Positions 27,639 through 39,600 of a stretch of 64,000 bases of DNA are shown here, one piece after another (positions within the stretch are counted from its first letter, which is position 1; each line of letters opens with the position of its first letter). Origin of the DNA: Phoronis australis (Eukaryota > Animalia > Phoronida); the NCBI GenBank assembly GCA_002633005.1, contig NMRA01000942.1:23678-87677 (forward strand). The letters are read 5' to 3'. The notes below the pieces were generated by a model. It made no database searches. It saw only the letters and a list, made by a program, of their open reading frames with translations, and had not been told where the DNA came from. The position numbers and the translations under genes were made by a program.

Positions 27639-30600
27639 CTGAAAGAGAAGAGAATACATCGCATAGTAACAAAAATGTTGAATTCAAAAAATAACAATAT
27701 ACAGTATATTAACATAAAGTACTTCGAAACCATTTAAAGTTTTAAATATTTAATGACCTCTGTCCAATTTTTTAATTGATTTGGCAAAAAGATCAATGTT
27801 TCCTGTTGTTCCGATGCCTAAATAATCAAACAATGTTTAATCTTTGACAATTCAAGCGCTTTCCGTTGGGACAAAGTGATACTTCAATGCGCTTTACAGT
27901 GGAATAAAAGCAACCAGATTACTCGATATACGTTTCCAGACCGAAATGATCCGTAGAAAACAACTGGATTATTCAGAACGGTTCAAAGTTGGTTCTTTCC
28001 GAGCGACAGGGGAGTGCACATAATGTCAATTTTCCCTTAAATATTCGGTGGGCGTGAAACCGGTATTAGAACCTCCGTCAAGTATCTCCACTCCAGTTAC
28101 CACTAGGTAAGAAAACAGGGCGCTGTTGCATAACTGACTCTGATTTGCAGTTGTCAACACAATGTAAAAGGCATGATTGTAAAGATGATAAATAGCATTA
28201 AGGAAATTTGACCCTTTGCAAAAAAGTTAGGCAATTACTTTAATAAATGATTCATATCTTACCCGCAGGTGTTTGGACACGTCTCCCGGGCGATCTCTCC
28301 AAAGAAGTCCTTGCTGTTGCAGTACACTGCTATCCATGAAGCACAACCATGACTGTCTTCGCAAGCCTCTGTATTGTAGTGAGAAGCAAAGTGAATATGA
28401 ACAGCCAAGGGCAGATCTATTTTGCCGTAAGGGGTAGCGGGGTTGCAACCAAGACTAGAGTTAAAGCATGGCTATTCAAAACGGCACAAGGACTATGGGG
28501 AAGCGACATGGGTTACTAAGCAACAACCTTGGACAGAAAAAAAAAACAAAAAAGTGTTATGGATAACTGTTACATTAACATTAGCAGATGTATTGGTTAG
28601 GAACTACTCGTGGCCAACGTCATCAAGAAGAGCAAATAGTGAATGTTAAAATAAACAATAGCACCACAAATCAAACGTCGACAATTTGAAATTAGACAAA
28701 TTAGAGTTTAAAACAGAACAATGTAAAACAAGTTAACTCGATGCAGACGATATTGCGGTCGTGCAATACACGGAAACCAATTCACTGCAGCAAAAATCTC
28801 TTAAATGGTTTTCATGTCACTTTTCATTATTTGTGAGTCCAGTGAATGTACATATTTAACGTGACGCTGATCAGGGAAATTATATTGCAAATAGTCCATG
28901 CATTCAACTTCTAGATTTTAAAAAATCACTGTTACTTATGAAGTGCTGTGGCGCCTTGCTGAAAATGAATGAGAGATATTTCCCCTGTTGGCCGACAATT
29001 GACCCATCTGATTGTGCCTCACTGGACCACGTGAATGACGAATCAGCCAGTAATGGCGAAAACGTTTGGTTGAATATGTGCGGTACGTGGATGAAACAGT
29101 TGTGGTTTCGAAAGATCCCGACAACAGGATAAAGGTGAAAAACAAAGACTCGATTGACGGCACTAAGAGGAAGTCGACTGGTATATGTATATTGTTGAAT
29201 TTTGGAGACGTCTCGCGACAAATCTTCTGTTCGTTTGGGAAGTATATTTTAACCAGGGGCCTGTTCCATGAAACTTACTGAAGTTCATTTTTTACTTAAG
29301 TTTAAGATTTGTCTTAACTTCCACATTCGGTAAGTTAGTCAAAATTAAGAAAAAAATTATGTCAAACACTTAAGTAAACTTAAGATCTCTTTCTTGAATT
29401 GGTTTTGACATAAATTTAACTTTTATTTTAAAATTTACTGAAATTTAAGATTTGCCTTAGCTAAGTCAGTTTTGTTGGAACGGCTCCCTGAACTCCATTA
29501 AATATTAAATATATGTTATATAACGTACATGATGAAAACTGTGAGTTATTATATCGAGATACGTGATATGCAAGCCGATTTCAACGAGGGCGACATGTAA
29601 ACAGGTGCTGCCGTTCACCAATCTGGGCTGTGTTGCATAAAACTTTCAAAACTATCAGCTGGATAAGTTTTGATTGTTACATGACATCAGGTGCATTGTT
29701 CAACACTAACAACGTGACGCGTGATAACGCGACGTCATTGTTGCCATACGGCGTATAACTTTTATGCCACTAGGCCTTGAAGTTTCGAGTTAATGCGCGT
29801 CTTAAAACAGTTCACGTGATATGCATGATAAATATGTTATACAACACAGGTGATGATAACGGTGGGCTGTTATACCTCGATACGTTATTTCACGGCCGTA
29901 TCATTGTATGATAAATATAGATTATTACATGGCGAAGTCGTTATCCCCCGTTATCTATAGCCCGAGTGGATTTTGGAGAATTATCGCCCGAGAGGCGTTA
30001 GCCCCGAGGGTGATAATTCTACAAAATCCACGAGGGCACTGAAAAAGGGAGATAACGACTGAGAACATGTAATAATCTATTTATACCACATACTGAACGA
30101 GAAACATTGCAATGAATCGATCTACCTTTCTCGACTCGCCTCGGCTTTGTAACTACTTTCTATGTCAAAGGCCCGGGGTCGGAGGTCGTGACCTTTTAAA
30201 AAAAGCCGAGCTATTTTTGTCAAATAATGCTTTCACTCAAAACCAATTGAAAAATAAAACACAATAGAAATAAAGTGAATCTATAAATTAAGGTTTCGCA
30301 ACTATTATAGCTTACTACACATTTTGTCACGCTAAGCTTCGACCGGGAAAATATCGTCTGCTAAAGTAGGTTACCACTAGTAACTGATTGTAATGCTCAA
30401 GTCAAAGGATCCCGACGACACGATACCCGCATTCAAATTGGAGATCGGTGATTTACAAGTGAGAGAACACGAGAGAAAAATTTCACTGAATTAAAATATC
30501 GTTTTTATGGAAATTATGCGTCTTATTTTTCATATCGTATAAATATCGGTGCTATGTCCTTTGCTGAACAGGCGATTGTTTTAAGTATTTTATTTTCACG

Positions 30601-33600
30601 TTCGATGACGTCAGCCGCTGAGTGGTATAGTGGTAGTGTCGGCGACTCGAAACTCTTGAGGCCTCGGTTTCCCGCCAAAATGTTATCTCACTAGTGAGAT
30701 AACTTTATGGGTTATTACACGGTTGTATTTGCCATTCGAGGCGATTATTGTGGTAAAATGCACAGTGTTTTAATATCAACATGACACAGCTGTCGTTGTT
30801 TAGACAAATGGATAAATCAACCTGTATAGTTAGAATATTAAAAACACTGAGAGTTTATGAAAATAGAAGTCTTAACTAGATTTTCTTTTTTCGTCAGTTT
30901 AACAAGGAAATACAACTTAAAACGCCAAAGCAGCAACACCTGTTAGGCTAGTTAATTCACGTGACTACTCAAATAAGAAGGCCAATTCAATCAGGATCTT
31001 GGCTGTATTTTCGAGTTGCACGCTGGAGAGTGGAACAATGCGATACTGTAATTGGCACATCAGTAACAGTATTGGTCTGAAATAAGACTCCTATCTCGCA
31101 ACTTTCAAAAGCAACACCTCGACCACATTTTGTCGGTCAGCAACCTTGCAAGTTATTGGAACGTGGCGCAAAGCAAAAATTTAGCAACTTCTGACTCACC
31201 TTGAAACTCGCACCACTTGCCATAGAAGCCAACTTCGCACTTACACTCGCACGCTTGGAAGTCATACGTGCCATGATTGTTGCATTCTTCCTCACCCGGG
31301 GTCGTCATGCAGCCTGTAAATGAAGGCGTATAGGCTATTTCACAAGGCAACTCTGGGGTCCGCAAAATCACGGGAAATATCATTTCTCGCTCCGTTACGA
31401 GCCGTGCGGATTCACGTGAAGTTCTTAATGCCAATCAATATGGTTTTCGTGACAGTAAATCTTAAGAAACACAGGTGTTTGAGTTTGCTACCGAACTTGA
31501 CAACCTCCTGAGTTGAGCAGGCCTATGTGGAGAGTATCATTATCAAGGTGCATTAGACTTTAGCAGGACATACAACCATACCGCCGTATGATGTCCCGGT
31601 GTATTACAATTGACAATATTGCGAAAAAAAAACAAGCCAGTCTTTTATCCTCTTAAGGAGGAGCCTGCCACTGAGCTCACTCACACTTGAAACTCTAACC
31701 TGCAACAGTAAGCCTGCCGCGGCCATTGTTGGAGTTTGTTACACCTATGTTAGTTGTATGCACTGAAGTTCCAATAGTGGCGCAACTAACACCGAGTGTC
31801 ATGCTATTTTGTCTTAACTGCTACACCAAGTTTTATCTCTGAAAGTTGCTGAAATACATAGGATAGGGTGTTGCATGAAATGCCCCTAATTATTTACAAT
31901 GCTAACACAACGGAAAGAATGTGCTGAAAGGTTAACATTAGTTCGTGAACAAAGTCTACAAATGCACCAAATTTAAGTTCATTCGGTGAGTTTATCGGGT
32001 CATTGAGTGCGATTTTCGTCGAAGTTTTCGATTCCTCTGTATCGACAGCTAGACGTCAGTGATTCTGAGGTCCATGTAAAGCTTTTATGTAATTCACTTC
32101 CCTCGATGACTCTTGCGATACTGGAAGGAGGAGGGCCAGAGACTATCCCGGTGCCTACCCTCTGACGTCACCACAGAAACAGAAACAGAAACAGAAACAG
32201 ATGACTCGTAATATCGGAAACGGTCAGCTGGTAGAAGGGTTATCTGTTTTTTAAAACATCATTTCTCGCACACATTTGAACATACATTTTCAACTTCAGT
32301 GTACGGGCATAAGGCAAAGTGCCAGTTTACACAATAAGGTGTCAGTTTTCTATTGCGAGATAAATTCATTCAATCAAATACTCTAACTCAGTGGATGTTA
32401 AGCTAAATGCATAATCGTGAACTTAACGATAAGTTCATATGATCACAATTCATTTCCTTTATTGAGGACATTTGGTGTACTAATCGGGTCATTAGTTGCA
32501 CTTTTCCTTAACTGTTTCTTTTTCACTCAACTTGCAATAATGTTTGGCACGACTAAGATATTCGCCGCCCTCTTCTATTGATTTATCGTTAGTGTATACC
32601 TACGCTCTGTGATTCAGAAGAAGAGGTCAGTTTGGGCATGTTGATTGTTTTCTGTTGTCCCTAAAATTGGGAAGCTAGACCTTTTAAAATCTTTAAAAAT
32701 ATAAATAAGATATAGATGTTGTGCACGTGGCTCACCATCACACCAAGAGCTTGTTGTTGCCAACCTAGATGAAATTGCTATTGCGCCTACAAAAGGATAC
32801 AAACCTGGGCCATATGGTCGGGAGCTCATGCGTTGGTAACTGGAATGAAAATAATTATGCTGAAGTCGTGTATGTGCTGATCATTATTGTTATAATAATA
32901 AAACCTTATTCACAGAGCCATGTCGAGATCCATGCTTCAAAAATTATGAAATTAACAGATTACGTAAGATCTACAACGTCCACAATTTTCATGAGAGAAA
33001 CGAATAGCATTACATACAGAAAAATTATATCGTAAAATAGCTACGCATGTTGATTCACTATGAACATAATGAATATCACTTCTTCGAAACATGATAAAGA
33101 AATGATCCTTTTAAAGTGAAGCAAGTTTCAGGGATTGATTGTGTCAGGTTCACTATGAATGGGTCGCGGGTATAACTTAAAATATTTTTCACTGCGAATA
33201 ACCATAAAAACAGAGAGTGAATTCAATTTTGGCATAGAACTCTAGCCCTGGAATGGCAACTCTGATCTCGCAGCCGCTGAGGTTGCGCCGCGCATGCGTG
33301 AGAGTTGTGAAATTTACTGTCAATAAAATTTTTCGCAACTCCGCCATTTTTGACCGAATTACATAAGAGTCATATCATTAGAAAGCCCTTTGGCAATTCT
33401 AGTGTGACAGGATGACGGAAGAAATTCAAAAAAGTGAGGCAGTCCGCCAAGAGCGGGGCAATTGGCAAGTACACTGTACGCTGTCAGCAACACGATCTGG
33501 ATTGGGTTCTTTTAGAAGGCAAACTTTTCATTCGTTGATATTTTATTTAATGAGTATAGGTAAATACCAAACATAAAGTTGGCTTACTTCTAAGAAATCG

Positions 33601-36600
33601 ACTTAACAAACAAACTGCATCTGGGCGACAGATAAACATTGCAGAAATAAATTATTTTCAAAACAATTGAAAACAGTAACACACACACACACAGACACAC
33701 ACACACGCACACACACACACACACACACACCCACACACACACNNNNNNNNNNNNNNNNNNNNNNNNNNNNNNNNNNNNNNNNNNNNNNNNNNNNNNNNNN
33801 NNNNNNNNNNNNNNNNNNNNNNNNNNNNNNNNNNNNNNNNNNNNNNNNNNNNNNNNNNNNNNNNNNNNNNNNNNNNNNNNNNNNNNNNNNNNNNNNNNNN
33901 NNNNNNNNNNNNNNNNNNNNNNNNNNNNNNNNNNNNNNNNNNNNNNNNNNNNNNNNNNNNNNNNNNNNNNNNNNNNNNNNNNNNNNNNNNNNNNNNNNNN
34001 NNNNNNNNNNNNNNNNNNNNNNNNNNNNNNNNNNNNNNNNNNNNNNNNNNNNNNNNNNNNNNNNNNNNNNNNNNNNNNNNNNNNNNNNNNNNNNNNNNNN
34101 NNNNNNNNNNNNNNNNNNNNNNNNNNNNNNNNNNNNNNNNNNNNNNNNNNNNNNNNNNNNNNNNNNNNNNNNNNNNNNNNNNNNNNNNNNNNNNNNNNNN
34201 NNNNNNNNNNNNNNNNNNNNNNNNNNNNNNNNNNNNNNNNNNNNNNNNNNNNNNNNNNNNNNNNNNNNNNNNNNNNNNNNNNNNNNNNNNNNNNNNNNNN
34301 NNNNNNNNNNNNNNNNNNNNNNNNNNNNNNNNNNNNNNNNNNNNNNNNNNNNNNNNNNNNNNNNNNNNNNNNNNNNNNNNNNNNNNNNNNNNNNNNNNNN
34401 NNNNNNNNNNNNNNNNNNNNNNNNNNNNNNNNNNNNNNNNNNNNNNNNNNNNNNNNNNNNNNNNNNNNNNNNNNNNNNNNNNNNNNNNNNNNNNNNNNNN
34501 NNNNNNNNNNNNNNNNNNNNNNNNNNNNNNNNNNNNNNNNNNNNNNNNNNNNNNNNNNNNNNNNNNNNNNNNNNNNNNNNNNNNNNNNNNNNNNNNNNNN
34601 NNNNNNNNNNNNNNNNNNNNNNNNNNNNNNNNNNNNNNNNNNNNNNNNNNNNNNNNNNNNNNNNNNNNNNNNNNNNNNNNNNNNNNNNNNNNNGTGCATT
34701 AGACTTTAGCAGGACATACAACCATACCGCCGTATGATGTCCCGGTGTATTACAATTGACAATATTGCGAAAAAAATTACAAGCCAGTCTTTTATCATCT
34801 TAAGGCGTAGCCTGCCACTGAGCTCACTCACACTTGAAACTCTAACCTGCAACAGTAAGCCTGCCGCGGCCATTGTTGGAGTTTGTTACACCTATGTTAG
34901 TTGTATGCAAAAGTTCCAATAGTGGCGCAACTAACACCGAGTGTCCTTATGCTATTTTCTCTTAACTGCTACACCAAGTTTTATCTCTGAAAGTTGCTGA
35001 AATACATAGGATAGGGTGTTGCATGAAAATGCCCCTAATTATTTACAATGCTAACACAACAGAAAGAATGTACTGAAAGGTTAACATTAGTTCGTGAACA
35101 AAGTCTACAAATGCACCAAATTTAAGTTCATTCGGTGAGTTTATCGGGTCATTGAGTGCGATTTTCGTCGAAGTTTTCGATTCCTCTGTATCGACAGCTA
35201 GACGTCAGTGATTCTGAGGTCCATGTAAAGCTTTTATGTAATTCACTTCTCTCGATGACTCGTGCGATACCGGAAGGAGGAGAGACAGAGACTATCCCGG
35301 TGCCTACCCTCTGACGTCACCACAGAAACAGAAACAGAAACAGATGACTCGTAATATCGGAAACGGTCAGCTGGTAGAAGGGTTATTTGTTTTTTAAAAC
35401 ATCATTTCTCGCAAACATTTGAACATACATTTTCAACTTCAGCGAACGGGCACAAGGCAAAGTGCCAGTTTACACAATAAGGTGTTAGTTTTGTATTGAG
35501 AGATAAATTCATTCAATCAAATATTCTAACTCAATGGATGTTAAGCTAGATGCGTAATCGTGAACTTAACGATAAGTTCATATGATCACAATTCATTTCT
35601 TTAAATGAGGACATTTGGTGTACTAATCGGGTTGCACTTTTCCTTAACTGTTTCTTTTTCACTCAACTTGCAATAATGTTTGCCACGATATTCGCCGACC
35701 TCTTCTATTGATTTATCGTTAGTGTATACCTACGCTCTGTGATTCAGAAGAAGAGGTCAGTTTGGGCATGTTGATTGTTTTCTGTTGTCCCTAAAATCAG
35801 GAAGCTAGACCTTTTAAAATCCTTAGAAAGATAAATAAGATATAGATGTTGTGCACATGGCTCACCATCACACCAAGAACCTGTTGTTGCCAAGGTAATG
35901 GCTTAGATGAAATTGCTATTGCGCGTACAAAAGGATACAAACCTGGGCCATATGGTCGGGAGCTCGTGCGTTGGTAACTGGAATGAAAATAATTATGCTG
36001 AAGGCGTGTATTTGCTGATCATTATTGTTATAATAATAAAACCTTATTCACAAAGCCATGTCGAGAGCCATGCTTCAAAAATTATGAAATTAACAGATTA
36101 CGTAAGATCTACAACGTCCACAATTTTCCATGAGAGAAACGAATAGCATTACATACAGAAAAATTATATCGTAAAATAGCTACGAATGTTGGTTCACTAT
36201 GAACATAATGAATATCACTTCTTCGAAACATGATGAAGAAATGATTCTTTTAAAGTGAAGCAAGTTTCAGGGATTAATTGTGTCAGGTTCACTATGAATG
36301 GGTCGCGGGTATAACTTGACATATTTTTCACTGGGGATAACCTTAAAAACAGAGAGTGAAGTCAATTTTGGCATAGAACTCTAGCCCTGGAATGGCAACT
36401 CTAATCTCGCAGCCGCTGAGGTTGGGCTGCGCATGCGTGAGTGTTTGAACTTTACCGTCAATAAAACTTTTCGAAACTCCGCCATTTTTGACCGAATTAC
36501 ATAAGAGTCATATCATTACAAAGCCCTTTGACAGTTCTTGATGATTATACCAGAAGCAAAAGATAAATGATTTCATTCTAAAAACCAATAGTGTTACCAA

Positions 36601-39600
36601 ATTGCGAAAAATAACAGCGTGTAATAGTAAGTATAAGATAGAACCCGAGAGGTTATATAAATGACAAGTGAAGCTATAAGGGAAATGATTTGAATGATTC
36701 AAACAAAGGTTTTAGAAAATGAATACCTCACACTTGCTCTGGATAATTCAGTCGGTCATTCATCCAAAACTATACATGTACATCTTTATACATTATAATT
36801 AATTGGACCTTTGACACAATTACATTCTTCAGTAAAAACTCAGAATGCAGTGACATTTACAAAAAGTGCCATAAACTACTCCAAGTATCCATCTGAAATT
36901 TGCAGGTTTTCTGATACATAAACACGGAAAAAACATCTAACAGGTAGCATTGTAAATAACTGTGGATAGGTCTTCACATTGGTTGAAGTGTAGGACTTTT
37001 CGTAAAAGTTTAGAAATAAAATTTTTTTCTTCAGAAAATAAAAGTTAGTGTTCCTGATACATGCTGTGTATGATACTGCAAACAGAAGACATTGGAACAC
37101 ATTTTCTCGTTTGTTATGTTCGTAAAGAAAGTGGACTCCGGACAATAACAAAATTCATAAAAAGAGACAATGTTACTTTGAACACCTGTAGCCAAGTTGT
37201 CACGTTAAACATTAAAGAACAAAAAATGGAATAACTGGATTGAAGATCAGGACTTCCTTATAAAAATGGGACATCTAGGTCTAAGCCAAAACGTAAAGTT
37301 GAAATTTCGCTGCAACACGCAAAGACGTACCGAGAGTTTTTTTGTCGAACTGGAGATGTACAACCCAAAAATTCTGGGCAGCTTTTAGCTGTTGTTATAG
37401 TTGAAATGAAAATTCCAAGTGTTGCAAAAAACCATGAAATGTCACGCTTTTTTTTTTCAGTCGAGTGGGAAAAAGCTGTGTGGAAACTTACAAAAATAAT
37501 ATGTCAATTTGGCCGTATGCCAAAAAGCGGGACATTTATAGTGTGACAGAATGGCGGAAAATTCAAAAAAGTGAGGCAGTTCGCCAAGAGCGGGGCAATT
37601 GGCAAATACACTGTACGCTGTCTTTTAAAAGGTAAACTTTTCATTTTTTGACATTTTTTTAATAAGTATAGGTAAATACCAAACATAAAGTTGGCCTACT
37701 TCTAAGAAATCGAATTCACAAACAAACGGCATCTAGGCAACAGATAAACATTGCACAAATAAATTATTATCAAAACAATTGAAAACAGTAACACACACAA
37801 ACACACGCACACACACACACACACACGCACGCACGCACACACACACACGCACGCACACACACACACACAGCACACACACACAAGCACACACACAAGCACG
37901 CACGTACACTGACATTTGGTTAAGCAATTGCTAGTAATTTTTCCAAAATTTTGTAAACACTCCAGTCTTCGGGCCTAAACTTTTCAATTAGACCAAATGT
38001 AACTTCTATAACACGATTTTATCTCTCAAAAATAAGTTGTTCAAACAGTCTTGGCGTGCAGCATAAGATCTTGTCGTAAGTTGCTCTACGACTGGGGCTG
38101 AAAAGTTATCAGAGGTTAATGGCGGCATCCACCCAGGGCCACAGGTCGGTTCTTATAAAGAATAGTGTCACGGTAACTGTCGGGTTTGTTGACTAACTTT
38201 GCCGAGAAATCGCTGCTTGTATAGAACTGTACTTCAGAAGAATCTCGCGTGATGAACAATAATAATATAATGAAAATGAAGCAATGCATTTAGGCTTGAT
38301 TTGATTACTGTAACTCTCAATCAAAATCAGTCGAGCAGGCAGCAAAAATTCTCATTGCAAACTCTTGCGGCTACTCTCGAGGTTGCAAGTTTTAGTAACA
38401 AAAGACATAGGTCACGTGCGGAAGTTGGCATTCCAGGGGTAGAGTTCTATGATTTTTACGAAGACTATTTTTGGTGAGAACTGATACAAATAACGCTGCC
38501 CAATTTTCCACTGGATTTCAAATATTTACCGTTTTGATATTCGCTAACAAAATTTATACTTCCACCAACTCAAGCTTCAACATTAATGTTAAAGTAATGA
38601 ATCCTCACACTACGTGTCATTTCGTCTGCGTTTTTGCCACAGTTCGTCATTGCGATTGCGTGGTTCAATGCAACTGCCTATTACGAGCGTTTGATTTATC
38701 TTGACAACATGACTAAACAACTTACCTGTCGGGATTAAGAAAAGAGGGGTAGTAATTACACACGAACACGAACTGGTTGTCAAGTTCTCTCGTGAATGTG
38801 TTTGTGGCGCTGTCGTAGCCTCCATAAGCTTTCTCGCAAAACTTATAACCACAGCCAACTTTATGCGTCTTCTGCCATGCCATCTATGGGGATAAAAGCA
38901 AAGTTTATAGTCTAGGAAGAGCTCATCGTCAAAGTCATATAAACATTTGGTTGTAGTGCCTCATAGCAACAGAGTGGGTTGGTGATTATAGCACTGCTAT
39001 GTAAAGTGTAGGGTATTGTTGGGAATATAACGGAGAAAAATGTTCAAACTGTTCTACAACCACACAATTTAGCTGTTAACTTTGGAATTAGAGTGACTTT
39101 TGTATTAACTTAAAATGGATTGCTGTGTTTCAACATGGCCGCTATCAGCGCCATCAACTTTCAATTTGGGTTATCATTTAACTTGGTAAAAAATTAATTA
39201 ATAAAGTCTGCTACAGAACAGCCAACTGGGAGTTCGGCAACAAAAAGCCTATATGGATTTTCAAAATTTAGAAACCACCATTTTTGATTTTATCTCAGCA
39301 TCGACTTAGGGAGCAGATAAAGAAAGAATACATTGTCTTTCGTCCTTAACACTTATTCAGATTGCGTGCAACTTACGCTAAGTTGGGCATGTCAAAAACA
39401 GAACTTCAAACAATTGGACATACTGTAGAGGTCGAACTCCGCGCTACTGGGGAAATTTTTGAACAGATGTGAAATTGTCAGTCTCCTTCTGACGTGGATG
39501 CGCTAGCCTTGTAATCCGTGAAAGATCCCCTTTGGGTACTCTTTCCTATGTTTATGGTACATTGTGTACTCAGCCCTTTTAATTTTCCGTGACACAATAA

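Noticed and set aside
32614-32804. Extension of exon 5 to the GTGAG after ...SWCDG
   Set aside because: The duplicate copy has an 8-nt indel here that breaks the frame; the 35-nt exon already gives the correct phase.
33590-34737. Long ORFs with HT/VC repeats
   Set aside because: Produced by the (CA)n tract plus the N gap.
36780-36895. Cys-containing candidate exon ([16 protein letters not shown])
   Set aside because: Ends in a stop, has no domain pattern and lies in the segment missing from the other copy.
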